Part shown: positions 26,837 to 35,991 of the stretch, in pieces
Position numbering within the stretch: position 1 is the stretch's first letter
Layout of the letters: each line of letters begins with the position of its first letter
Virus record (IMG/VR): IMGVR_UViG_3300035006_000010
Location: 1 to 45,450 of that record
DNA length: 45,450 bases
Direction: 5' to 3' (one strand)
DNA from: a virus
Lineage: Duplodnaviria; Caudoviricetes
Notes under the pieces: model-generated
Told to the model about the DNA's origin: nothing
Seen by the model: only the letters and a program-made list of their open reading frames with translations
Database searches by the model: none
Translations under genes and position numbers: made by a program

Positions 26837-28582
26837 TCATCTCTCGTCTCCGTAGCGGGGGCTGCGGGGCTCGGGCCGGTCGGGCACGTCGCGCAGGCGG
26901 ATGCCCTCGAAGGTGCGGATGCGGCCGTCATGCTTGACGAAGCCCTTCTTCACCATGGTCTGGCTGAAGGCCTTTTCCGACCAGGGCTTCATCGCATTGG
27001 CGAGGCACCAGCTCTCATAGGCCTCGTACAGCATGCGGCTGGGCAGGTTCGCTTCCTCGTCGGTCACGCGCACGACGCAGGCGTCGATGAAGCCCTGCAC
27101 CTGGTCCATGTCGGCCCGGTAGGCTTTCGTGGCGTCCTTCACCTCCGGCGGCTCGATCAGCCCGTGGTTGAGGTAGGACAGCGCGCCCTCGAGCAGCCAG
27201 TTCAGGATGCCGGAGCGCTCGGCTGCGAATTCGGCGAGCACGGTCTCCATCTCGCGGCGCTGGTCCTCGGGAATCGTCTGACCCCAGATCACCAGCGAGA
27301 GCCTGCGCCAGATGCCGAGATCGATGCCGTCGATGCGCGGCTTGTCGTTGCCCGACATGGTCGCCTTGAAGACCGGCCGGAGCTCGAAGAAATTGCCGTA
27401 ATTGTGCCGCGCCATCATCGGCTCGCCGCCGGTGAGCTGCTTGACCAGCGCTTCGCGCAGCATCTCGCCGCGCGGCAGCTCGGAGACGCGCACCAGCCGC
27501 TTGCCGGGAAGCTGCGCGATATCGGGCGTCGCCTGCCCGGCCCCGCGCGATTGCGTGCCGGTGACAGATTCCGCGTTCAGCGTGCCGGCATAGGAGCCCG
27601 TCGCGCGCCAGAGCGCCTCGATGAAAGTCGATTTGCCGTTGGCGCCCTCGCCGTAATGGAAAACGAGCTTTTGCGCGCCGATGATGCCGAGCAGCGAATA
27701 GCCGTAAAACACCTGCAGGAAGCGCTGCACCGCCCGGTTCGGCTGGCACAGGTCAAGGAAGGCCTGCCAGGCCGGGCAGGCCGCCTCGGGCGCATAGGTC
27801 GCCGGCATCATCTTGGCGAGCCGGTCCTCGCGCGCATGCTCGCGCAGCCGCACGCTCCAGGTCAGCCGCACCACGTCCGGATCGGGACAGTCGGAATCCT
27901 CGACGCGCTCGAAGACGAGCGTGCCGTTCTCGACATTGACGAGATAGGGGTCTGCGTCCATCGCCTCGACGCCGACGGTGAGATGCGGCTGGCCTTGCGT
28001 GATCATCTGGGCGATGCGCGCGCCATTGCCGCAGGACACCGAGAAATCGCGCCGCCGGCCGCGCCGCTTCGACCAGGCGGCCACGGCCTTCTTGCCCTCC
28101 TCGATCGCGAGTTCATGGCCCTTGTCGCGCTCGGCCTCGGGCACGCGGCGCGCCTCGCGGCCGGCGTCGATCGCCGCCTGCTCGGCGGGGCTCGGATGCA
28201 TCACGAGGCTTTCGGCCGCGATCCAGCGTGCCGCGCTCTGCGCCAGCCGCTGCACGGCCTCGGCCGCGCCCAGCGGCTCCCAGAACCGCCCGGTCCAGAC
28301 ATGCCAGCCGACATCGCGCACGAACAGCATCTCCTGTCCGCGCCACAAAATAAGCCGACGGCCGTTGTCGGTGTCGTTGGGCAAAAGCCGCATCGCGAAT
28401 TCGAGCCGGTCGACATGGTCGCGCCCGCGATCGGGCTGCGTCGCGCCATCCGCACCGCGAGGATTGTCCTCAGCCGGATCGACGATATCGCGGGGCTGCG
28501 GGGCTTCCGCCGCCTTGGCCTGGGCAGCCGAAATCAGCGCGCGCACGGATTCCGCCGAGAGATCGTCCGTCACCTCGCTCAT
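26837..28582 (-). CDS. P4-family / D5-type SF3 helicase (D5_N + ATPase)
   Basis: ND..NG.R, N..NG, GEGANGKST, SE, KQLTGG, N.KP.I, G.WRR motifs. Confidence 0.93.
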   Translation of the reverse strand: MSEVTDDLSAESVRALISAAQAKAAEAPQPRDIVDPAEDNPRGADGATQPDRGRDHVDRLEFAMRLLPNDTDNGRRLILWRGQEMLFVRDVGWHVWTGRFWEPLGAAEAVQRLAQSAARWIAAESLVMHPSPAEQAAIDAGREARRVPEAERDKGHELAIEEGKKAVAAWSKRRGRRRDFSVSCGNGARIAQMITQGQPHLTVGVEAMDADPYLVNVENGTLVFERVEDSDCPDPDVVRLTWSVRLREHAREDRLAKMMPATYAPEAACPAWQAFLDLCQPNRAVQRFLQVFYGYSLLGIIGAQKLVFHYGEGANGKSTFIEALWRATGSYAGTLNAESVTGTQSRGAGQATPDIAQLPGKRLVRVSELPRGEMLREALVKQLTGGEPMMARHNYGNFFELRPVFKATMSGNDKPRIDGIDLGIWRRLSLVIWGQTIPEDQRREMETVLAEFAAERSGILNWLLEGALSYLNHGLIEPPEVKDATKAYRADMDQVQGFIDACVVRVTDEEANLPSRMLYEAYESWCLANAMKPWSEKAFSQTMVKKGFVKHDGRIRTFEGIRLRDVPDRPEPRSPRYGDER

Positions 28583-28585
28583 GGC

Positions 28586-30634
28586 CTATTCCGCCGCCTG
28601 CAGGAAGCTCGGCTGCGCAGCGGCGGGCGGAAGGCCGGCCCAGACCGGCAGCGGCGCGCGCCGGCGGCGCTTCACATCCGGCAGCGCCAGCGCATCGATC
28701 GCGTTGGCGCGCAGGACAGCCTGCGCCGCATGGGGGCAGACCGAATTGCCGATCTTGTGGCGCTGCGCCGTCTCGGTGAGCGTGCCGCCGGCCGGCAGCG
28801 GCGCGGCGAGGATGTAGGTATCCGGGAACCCCTGCGCACGCGCCAGTTCGCGCGGCGTCAGCATCCGCATGCCGATGTCCCAGACGATGAAGGCTCCCAC
28901 GGTGACGAACTCTCCCGGCCCGTCCCAGACGCCCTCGCTGCGCAGGAAGGCAGCCACCTGCCGAGCCCGGTCGATCCGCGCGTCGTCCAGTGGCGGCAGG
29001 TCGCACGCGCCCTCGACATGGCCGAAGCGGTCATGCGTCGTCACCGTGCGCGCCGGCTCGTCATGGCCGGCGCCTTCGCCCTGGCCGTAATAGGCGGTCA
29101 GGAACGGCGTCACCGCCGCATGGTGGTTGCCGTCGGCCAGCACGGTGCCGAGCGGCTCGTCCCGGTCGCCGCGCACGGTGTTGTTCTGCAGAGCCGAGAG
29201 ATAGGCCATCACCGGGGCCTGCGTGCAGCCCCTACCGACGATGGTCGAGACCGGCTCGCGCACGTCATGACCGACCATGTCGGTGTTGTGCTGCGCGAGG
29301 TACACCGCCGCGAGGTCGCCGCCATTGCCGGTCGGAACGACGACGGGCATCGGGCGCTCGACTTCGCGCGAACGCGGTTCCTGCCCCTCGCGCTCGCCAT
29401 AGCGCGGCACCAGAAAGCCTGAGACCGCCGCTAGCCCAGCCCCGCCGGCCGTGACGGTGTGCGCCGGCTCGTCGGCCGCCGTAAATGGTTTGCCGGAGTT
29501 GCGCATGGTCATCAGGTGCGGCGCGACGATCACCGTGTCGGGCTTGGTGCAGACGGTATGATAGGGCTTATCGACAGGCCGTTCGCCGCTCTGCCCCATG
29601 CGCCCGCCGACGCCGGCGAGATAGGGCGTCACGATCTGGTTCTGGTCCTTCGCCGAGGCGCAGACCGTGTGCAGCGGTGCATCGGCCGGGCGCGAGCGCC
29701 CGCCCTGCTGGGCATGGCTCACGAATGGCGTGACAAGCCCATGGGCGTCCCGCGCCGCCGCCACCGTCTTGAACGGCTCGCCCAGGCCCTGCCCCCGGAA
29801 TTCGTCGCCGCCATGGTTGCAGGTGACGATGAACGGGTCGGCCCGGTCGAGCACATAGCGCTTGAAGCCCCGCGCGATGCGCGACAGCGTCTTGGCCGCC
29901 AGCGGCCGCACCACCTGAATCCCCTGCGCCTTCGCCTGCGCCCGCGTCAGAAAGATCGAGGGGCACGGCAGATGCCAGTCGATGATCTGCGCCGCAGTGC
30001 GCCAGGGCAGCTTTCGCCCGCCCTTCACATCGTCGGAGGCCGGCGCGCCATGCGTCGGCGCAGGCCAGAGGATCGGCTTGCCGTCGCGGCGGGCGACCAG
30101 GAAGAGGCGCTTGCGGATCGTCGGCGCGCCATAGTCGCAGGCCCGCAGCTCGCGCCATTCGACGCTGTAGCCCAGCGCCTCGAGCCTTCGCACCCAGCGC
30201 GCGAATTCCGAACCTTTCCGATGCGGGCAGGGCTTGCCGTCCTCCGCCAGCGGCCCCCATTGCCGCCACTCCTCGACATTTTCGAGGAAGATCATCTGCG
30301 GCGAAACGGTCTCTGCCCAGAGCAGCACGACATCGGCCAGCCCCCGCACAGACCGGGAGACCGGCGCGCCGCCCTTGGCCTTGGAGTGGTGCCGGCAGTC
30401 CGGCGAGGCCCAGAGCAGCGCCACGGGTTTGCCAGCGGTCGCCGCGACGGGATCGACCTTCCAGACATTCTCGCGCAGATGCACGGTGCCCGGATGGTTG
30501 GCCGCATGCATGGCGAGCGCCGCCTCGTCATGGTTGATGGCGATGTCGGGCGAGCGCCCGAGCGCCCATTCGATGCCCGTGCTCGCCCCGCCGCCGCCGG
30601 CGAAGGAATCGACGATCAAGCCCTGCAACATCAC
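28586..30634 (-). CDS. DNA (cytosine-5)-methyltransferase, orphan
   Basis: FAGGGG, SPDC, ENV, R.R, RML..REL..AQGFP, GNSV motifs. Confidence 0.95.
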   Translation of the reverse strand: MMLQGLIVDSFAGGGGASTGIEWALGRSPDIAINHDEAALAMHAANHPGTVHLRENVWKVDPVAATAGKPVALLWASPDCRHHSKAKGGAPVSRSVRGLADVVLLWAETVSPQMIFLENVEEWRQWGPLAEDGKPCPHRKGSEFARWVRRLEALGYSVEWRELRACDYGAPTIRKRLFLVARRDGKPILWPAPTHGAPASDDVKGGRKLPWRTAAQIIDWHLPCPSIFLTRAQAKAQGIQVVRPLAAKTLSRIARGFKRYVLDRADPFIVTCNHGGDEFRGQGLGEPFKTVAAARDAHGLVTPFVSHAQQGGRSRPADAPLHTVCASAKDQNQIVTPYLAGVGGRMGQSGERPVDKPYHTVCTKPDTVIVAPHLMTMRNSGKPFTAADEPAHTVTAGGAGLAAVSGFLVPRYGEREGQEPRSREVERPMPVVVPTGNGGDLAAVYLAQHNTDMVGHDVREPVSTIVGRGCTQAPVMAYLSALQNNTVRGDRDEPLGTVLADGNHHAAVTPFLTAYYGQGEGAGHDEPARTVTTHDRFGHVEGACDLPPLDDARIDRARQVAAFLRSEGVWDGPGEFVTVGAFIVWDIGMRMLTPRELARAQGFPDTYILAAPLPAGGTLTETAQRHKIGNSVCPHAAQAVLRANAIDALALPDVKRRRRAPLPVWAGLPPAAAQPSFLQAAE

Positions 30635-30849
30635 ACCCGTTCCCTGTCGATTTCATCGAGATGCGGCGCTCGCTCGACCTGCCGGCCGCCACGGCAGCCC
30701 TCGGCCCGCACTGGCGCGGCGTTGACCTTGGCGAGTTCGCACTCCGGCAGAGCGCGCTGGCCCTCCGGCACCGTGACGACGCGCCCGTCCGCGATCGCCG
30801 CGGCGATCAGCCTGATCGTGTCGCAATCCAGTTTGACGGGAGGGGCCAT
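30631..30849 (-). CDS. Small hypothetical protein
   Basis: Overlaps both neighbours; I.AAIA.GRV..VP.G. Confidence 0.6.
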   Translation of the reverse strand: MAPPVKLDCDTIRLIAAAIADGRVVTVPEGQRALPECELAKVNAAPVRAEGCRGGRQVERAPHLDEIDRERV

Positions 30850-31913
30850 CACGCCGCCCTCCCCTGCCCAAGCTGCTCGGGCGCGAACGCCGGCACTTGG
30901 GACGCAGCCAGCCCACTGGCGATCGTGCCGCGGATCTTCTGCTCGCCCGGCGACACGCCCGTGGGCAGGTTCTGCAGCAGCAGGCCCTCGGCCTCGGATT
31001 TGGCCAGATGGCCGGAGCGTACGAAGCGCGAAAGGCTCACCGCCGCCAGATAGACCGCCTGGTTGCGCTGGCCCTCACTCGCGCCGCGCGCATCCTTCAG
31101 CGCGCCCTCGATCGCGCGCTCGACATAGGCCTTCACCCGCCGGTCGTTGATGTCGCCTCCGTCGAAGCGCGAAACCGGCCGGCGCGCGGCGCGGCGGCGT
31201 TCGTCGCGCTCGGCCTGCGTCAAAAACTCGCCGGTGATGACGCCGCGCAGCCGTCGCGGCAGCGGCGGCAGAACATCCCCGCGCGGGATCAGCCACTCAT
31301 AGGTCCGGCCGTCGCTCATCACGGAGGGCGGCGCGATCACATAGCCGCCCTCGCCCCTGACATCGATATGCGCGAGCGAAGCCGGGCACTCGCCGGCCTT
31401 CAGGAAGGCGGAAAAGACGTTGGCCTTGTTGCCGATCAGCCCGGTCACGGGCCGGCCCCAATGCGTCAGGTTGCCGGCCACCTCGGCAAAGGTCATCTCG
31501 TCCGGCCAGGCGAAATAGAGATGCAGGCCGCCCGATTGCGTCCGCGCGATCGCCGGCTCGGAAATCTCGCCCGTCACCGGGTCGACATGCATCAGCTGCC
31601 GGCACCAGCCGGTCAGCGCCTTCAGCATCTCCCCGGCGGGGCAATCGCGTGGATCGAGATCGACGACGACGCAAGAACTGCGCAGGCCCGTCGGAAAGCC
31701 GATCAGCGCATCGGGCCAGCGCCGCCACCAGCCCCGGATCGCGGCCTCCTCGGTCGAAGCCAGCCAATGCCCGCCATCGCGCGCACCCTTCGCCGATTCG
31801 CCCGGCAGATGCGGAGCCTTCGAGCCGGCGGCCTTGTCGGCCGTCGCCTTGCACGGAAACACCGGAAACCCGGCGGCGGCATAGGTCAGGGCGTGGTCGA
31901 GGCTGAACATCAT
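30849..31913 (-). CDS. Bifunctional DNA primase/polymerase (Prim-Pol)
   Basis: G.PVFP, I..WW..WPDA.IG.PTG, VVDLD, T.SGG.HLYF, DVRG.GGYVIAPPS, G.RN motifs. Confidence 0.93.
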   Translation of the reverse strand: MMFSLDHALTYAAAGFPVFPCKATADKAAGSKAPHLPGESAKGARDGGHWLASTEEAAIRGWWRRWPDALIGFPTGLRSSCVVVDLDPRDCPAGEMLKALTGWCRQLMHVDPVTGEISEPAIARTQSGGLHLYFAWPDEMTFAEVAGNLTHWGRPVTGLIGNKANVFSAFLKAGECPASLAHIDVRGEGGYVIAPPSVMSDGRTYEWLIPRGDVLPPLPRRLRGVITGEFLTQAERDERRRAARRPVSRFDGGDINDRRVKAYVERAIEGALKDARGASEGQRNQAVYLAAVSLSRFVRSGHLAKSEAEGLLLQNLPTGVSPGEQKIRGTIASGLAASQVPAFAPEQLGQGRAA

Positions 31914-32587
31914 GCCGGCACCAAAGACCGCAGGGCCTTGGCGTCGCGCTCAATGTCGCGCAGCCGCGCCAGCATCTGTTCGCAGGCTGTCCGCGAGGCC
32001 TCCGCAGCCGCACGCACGCGCTCAGCGTCTATGAGAACCGCATCGACCTTCGCGAGATACTCGGCGACGTCCTCGCCGCCTTCGCCATCGCCGAAATACT
32101 CCTTGCGCTCATGCGTCACCCAAGCACGGGGGACACCGAGGTCGGTTGCGACCTTATGGTCCGACCAGCCCCGATCATAGCGCTGCTGTTTGTCGAGATA
32201 GACATCGGCCAGCTTCATATGGATCAGGCGCTTATGCTCGCGCGTCGCTTGTGGGGGCGAAGACACGGCATCGACGGCGACGGGAATATGCGGCTTTGCC
32301 ATGGTGACAGTCTCCTGGATATCGGCGGATTCGCGGTGCGCGCGGCGGGCCTGGTGATCCTGTCTGCGGGCGGAGCGGCAGCCGGGGCAGAGGTCCTTCG
32401 ACGGCTTGCTGCCGACCACCCAGCCTCGGCGCTCGAAGAACGTTACGGCCATGCGCGTGGACCGGCTCGGGCCGGAGGTCAGACGAAACACCTCGCGCTC
32501 GCCGCAGGAAGCGCAGGTTATCGGCCGCGCGGTGACGGGAAGCCCCTTCTCCTGAAAGGATATCTGGCCGAACCTCCGATCGCTCAC
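31910..32587 (-). CDS. Hypothetical protein, Zn finger (CASC/CPGC) + HTH-like domain
   Basis: GTG start with GGAGGT SD; WSD.KVA.DLGVP.AWV. Confidence 0.7.
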   Translation of the reverse strand: MSDRRFGQISFQEKGLPVTARPITCASCGEREVFRLTSGPSRSTRMAVTFFERRGWVVGSKPSKDLCPGCRSARRQDHQARRAHRESADIQETVTMAKPHIPVAVDAVSSPPQATREHKRLIHMKLADVYLDKQQRYDRGWSDHKVATDLGVPRAWVTHERKEYFGDGEGGEDVAEYLAKVDAVLIDAERVRAAAEASRTACEQMLARLRDIERDAKALRSLVPA

Positions 32588-32599
32588 GACATCACCTCC

Positions 32600-34075
32600 T
32601 CAACCCGAGCGGCCCGATGGTCCGTCCTGATCGGCGAAGTGGCCGTAGATCTGTCTGCCCCCCCCCCGGACGGACTCGTCGCCGCCGAAGAGCGGCCCAT
32701 GGTCGGCCGCCTTGCCGGCCGCCTTCGCCTTGGCGCGCTCCGCCTTGCGGATTGCCGGGCCCTCGACGGCCAGCGCCAGGCGCCGGGCGATGTCGGCCTG
32801 ATAGGCCGGCTCGCGCTCCACCAGCACGGCGAAAAAACCCTCGCGCCAGGCGGCTTCGCCGGTCGAGCCCGAGCCGGCGAAAGGGTCGATCACGGTTCCG
32901 CCCGGCGGCGTCACCATCCGGCAGAGCCAGGCCATCAGGTCGACCGGCTTGACCGTCGGATGCTTCGAGCCGATCCGGTCCTCGGCATCGGCTTTTGCGC
33001 TGTAGAAAAAGCGGGCGGCCGAGCCCGCGTCGCCATAGAAGGCAGGCTCGACGCCTTCGGGCAGCCCATTGAACTGACCGCGAGCGACGCTGTTGTTGCT
33101 GTTACGCAGGGATGGACCCGAGGCTTTGCCCGAGCCGCCGGCCGCGCATGGAAACGCCGCGACAACCTCGTCGCTGCCGTCATGGACGATGTTGGCCGGC
33201 CAGCGGCCACCCTCATGCGCCCTGATAACCTTGTCTTGCCCTTCAGAGGCAAAGCGGCCGATCGCCGCCGATGGCGGCGAGCAGACAAAGACCCGGCCAT
33301 CGATGGCCGCAGCATCGACCGCTGACATGCCGATCCGGCAACCGTCGATGTTCAACGCGCCCGTGCCGTGTTGAACGACGGTCTCCGCCACGGTCCCGGC
33401 CAGCGGCTTGCGCGCCAGCACGATCGGCTCCCATGCGGGTTTGAGCGCCGTGCCCCAGCCCTGCCATTGCGCCGCTTCGGCGGACACCGCTTCGGCGGAC
33501 ACCGCTTCGTGGTAGCCCCGCTCCTGGGCGGCGAGGATGAAGGGCCGCGTATCCTGCCGCGCCTTCGCGTTGCCGACGGCGGCGGCCGCTATGCGAACCT
33601 TGGTCCGCTCGTGGCCGAGATGCTTGTCGATCCCCTTCGCCACGTCGTGGCTCTTCGGAAAGCCCGAGCCATAAACCCAGGCGAGCTGGTCGCGGATTTC
33701 GAAGCCGGCATCCTCGATCGCGCAGGCCAGCCGGTGATAGGAGCGCGTGCCGCCGAAGGCGACGACATGGCCGCCCGGCTTGAGCACGCGCCATACTTGC
33801 GCCCAGAACTCGACCGAGAACGCCGTCTCGCCGGTGTCCCAGGCCTGCCCCATGAAGCCTGCCGAGGCCCGCGCATAGGCGCCCGAGCCGCCCTCGGGCA
33901 CGGTGACGCCGGCAGCCCCGGCCTTGCCGAAACGCTTTCCGATCGAGACCAGCGCATAGGGCGGATCAGTCACGACACTGTCGATCGAGGCGTCCGCCAG
34001 CCCGGCCAGCACGACGCGGCAATCGCCGGGATGCAGCACCACACGCCCGCCGAGGAAGGATTGCGCCGCGCTCAC
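32600..34075 (-). CDS. DNA N6-adenine/N4-cytosine methyltransferase (beta class), orphan
   Basis: TDPPY, RVLKPGG, HPTVKP, DPFAGSGSTG in beta order. Confidence 0.95.
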   Translation of the reverse strand: MSAAQSFLGGRVVLHPGDCRVVLAGLADASIDSVVTDPPYALVSIGKRFGKAGAAGVTVPEGGSGAYARASAGFMGQAWDTGETAFSVEFWAQVWRVLKPGGHVVAFGGTRSYHRLACAIEDAGFEIRDQLAWVYGSGFPKSHDVAKGIDKHLGHERTKVRIAAAAVGNAKARQDTRPFILAAQERGYHEAVSAEAVSAEAAQWQGWGTALKPAWEPIVLARKPLAGTVAETVVQHGTGALNIDGCRIGMSAVDAAAIDGRVFVCSPPSAAIGRFASEGQDKVIRAHEGGRWPANIVHDGSDEVVAAFPCAAGGSGKASGPSLRNSNNSVARGQFNGLPEGVEPAFYGDAGSAARFFYSAKADAEDRIGSKHPTVKPVDLMAWLCRMVTPPGGTVIDPFAGSGSTGEAAWREGFFAVLVEREPAYQADIARRLALAVEGPAIRKAERAKAKAAGKAADHGPLFGGDESVRGGGRQIYGHFADQDGPSGRSG

Positions 34076-34281
34076 CGCCCGCCCTTCCGGAATAGCGCCG
34101 CCTCAGCAGCGCTCCAGAGTGAGGCCGGCGCGTTGCGGCACGCGACGATGTCGTCCACCGTCGCGCGCTTGATGCGTAGAACGGCGGCGATGATCGCGGC
34201 CGGAAACCCGGCCCGCGCCATGCCGCGCGCCGCCGAGCGGCGGAAGCGGCCGACCCTGACGGTGACGAAGCCGCGATTCAT
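34072..34281 (-). CDS. Small HTH-like protein
   Basis: Overlaps both neighbours; G.PAA.IA.VL.IKRATV..IV. Confidence 0.55.
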   Translation of the reverse strand: MNRGFVTVRVGRFRRSAARGMARAGFPAAIIAAVLRIKRATVDDIVACRNAPASLWSAAEAALFRKGGR

Positions 34282-34844
34282 GCGAAGCGCTCCGCCGTGA
34301 CGCCGGCCGCATGCGCGATCCGCGTCGCATCCGCCCGCGTCACGTCGCGATAGGGCCCAAGGCAATCGCCGAAGAGATCGGCCAGCACATGGAAATTCGC
34401 CGCGATGCGCGGGCAGCGGCACTGCCGCCCCGCCCGCTCCAGCAGATCGGTCGCGCCGCCGATGCGGCCATGCCGGCGCAGATCATCCGCCCGCGACACG
34501 ATGCGCCGGGCGAGCTCGCCGAGAGGCTGCGCCCGCACCACCGGCCGCGCAGCGATCTCGGCCGCCTGCAGCGCCCGGTTCTGCGGCGTCGCCAGCCGGA
34601 AACCGTCGCGCGTCTCGACGATCGCGTTGCCCAGCACGAGCGAATTCAGCGGCGCGGTCAGGTGACGCGCCGGCACGCCGACCAGTTGGGCAATCTCGCT
34701 CTGGCGCAACGCCGCCTCGGGTCTGGCCTCCAGCCGCGCCAGAATGCGATGCGCCACAGAGGCTTTTGGCCGGCCGGCCGGCTTGCGGCGGGGCGGATAG
34801 GGCATGCGGAAGCGCAGCGCCTTGTGGGGGGCCGGCGCCTCCAT
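34278..34844 (-). CDS. Winged-HTH hypothetical protein
   Basis: ATG overlaps cII-like stop; LRQSEIAQLVGV....L...L..LV..NAIV. Confidence 0.6.
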   Translation of the reverse strand: MEAPAPHKALRFRMPYPPRRKPAGRPKASVAHRILARLEARPEAALRQSEIAQLVGVPARHLTAPLNSLVLGNAIVETRDGFRLATPQNRALQAAEIAARPVVRAQPLGELARRIVSRADDLRRHGRIGGATDLLERAGRQCRCPRIAANFHVLADLFGDCLGPYRDVTRADATRIAHAAGVTAERFA

Positions 34845-35326
34845 CAGCCGACCACCCGCAGGGGCGCGACACGCATCGCCGCCAGATCCTGCCGCAGCGG
34901 GGCCATCATCTTTTCGACCTCGGAGGCGGCGCGGTCCATGATCTCCGCCTCGGCAGGCGAAAGCCGCCCGTCTGCGGCCGCCGCCGCGCCCTTGGCCATC
35001 AGCTCGGCGCAGGCGCGCATCACCTCGGCATGGCGGGCGAAGACGCCGGCGGCGGTCGCCGCCTCCTCGCCGGGGTCGGACAGCCGTCGCCCGTGCAGAT
35101 CCGCCAGCACGGTCGTCACCATCGGCATCTCGCAATAGGCCTCGAGCGCCAGCGCCACCGGGATGGGGATGATCGATTCATCCGTCGCCACCTGGTAGCG
35201 GCTCATCTCCGTCTTCGAGCAATGGCCGATCTCGCCGGCGCGGACCACGCCGCCGCAGAACTGCACGAGGTCGCGCGTCGCGGCCTTGATGCGGAAGAAC
35301 CAGGCGTCGGAAATCGGCCGCGACAT
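34844..35326 (-). CDS. CII-like phage regulator
   Basis: IK.ATRDLV..CGG, S...MSRY, LE.....P.VT..LA, ADGRLS.AEA; downstream of cro. Confidence 0.7.
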   Translation of the reverse strand: MSRPISDAWFFRIKAATRDLVQFCGGVVRAGEIGHCSKTEMSRYQVATDESIIPIPVALALEAYCEMPMVTTVLADLHGRRLSDPGEEAATAAGVFARHAEVMRACAELMAKGAAAAADGRLSPAEAEIMDRAASEVEKMMAPLRQDLAAMRVAPLRVVG

Positions 35327-35532
35327 GGGGAAAGCTCCGCTGTCAACGGGAAAGCGCATGAGGCTTTCCCGTTCCGGGAAACGGGGGAATGCGGTTTGGT
35401 CGAAAGCGTCAGGTCACGGAGGGATCACCCCATGGACGAGCAGATGAAGGCGGCGAAACAGGTGAAGTCGCGCGCGACCTTGCGCGCCGCGCTGGGCGGC
35501 TGGGCAAAGACGAAGCGCGGACAGGCGGGCGC

Positions 35533-35904
35533 TCACGCCGCCGCCCCTGCGAGACAAAGCCCGGCCCCGGCCGGACGCGAAACCGGGTCGGCCGCGGCCG
35601 GCAGGGCCGCCGCCCCTTCAGGGGCTGCGCCGGAGTTGGGCTCGGCGGCGCATGGGGCGGCGGATCCGGAAACGGACGGACGCGGCACGCCGTCCGGCCA
35701 GAGGGCGGAGGCGGGCCAGTGAGCCGAGAACCAGGCCAGCGCCCGGTCGGCGCGATCGAGCGTGATGCTCCCGGTTCCGGCCTCGATGCGCGGCAGGCGG
35801 CGGGCGTCGCCGAGAGCGCGCTGGGAGGCGCGGGCAAGGTCGCAGCCCTCGGCGGCGCAAAAAGCCCCGGCGACGGCCATGGTCTGGTCGGTGAGCGTCA
35901 TCAT
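35533..35904 (-). CDS. Cro-like HTH regulator
   Basis: Divergent from cI; S.R..GD...L.RI..G..IT, WFS..WP....WP..VPRP. Confidence 0.75.
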   Translation of the reverse strand: MMTLTDQTMAVAGAFCAAEGCDLARASQRALGDARRLPRIEAGTGSITLDRADRALAWFSAHWPASALWPDGVPRPSVSGSAAPCAAEPNSGAAPEGAAALPAAADPVSRPAGAGLCLAGAAA

Positions 35905-35914
35905 GGCCACGATT

Positions 35915-35991
35915 GATGAGGTATTTTTACCTCATCGTCAAGGCTGAAATACGCCGATACCGCGCCCAAGCGTTCAGGTAGATTTACATCA
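35915..35991. promoter_or_regulatory. Operator and divergent promoter region between cro and cI
   Basis: GATGAGGTA-TTTT-TACCTCATC (35915-35936) and TCAGGTA-GATT-TACATCA (35974-35991); TTGACG on the minus strand at 35941-35936. Confidence 0.8.

Noticed and set aside
28586-34075. Methyltransferases as part of a restriction-modification system
   Set aside because: No endonuclease gene recognisable; consistent with orphan phage methyltransferases
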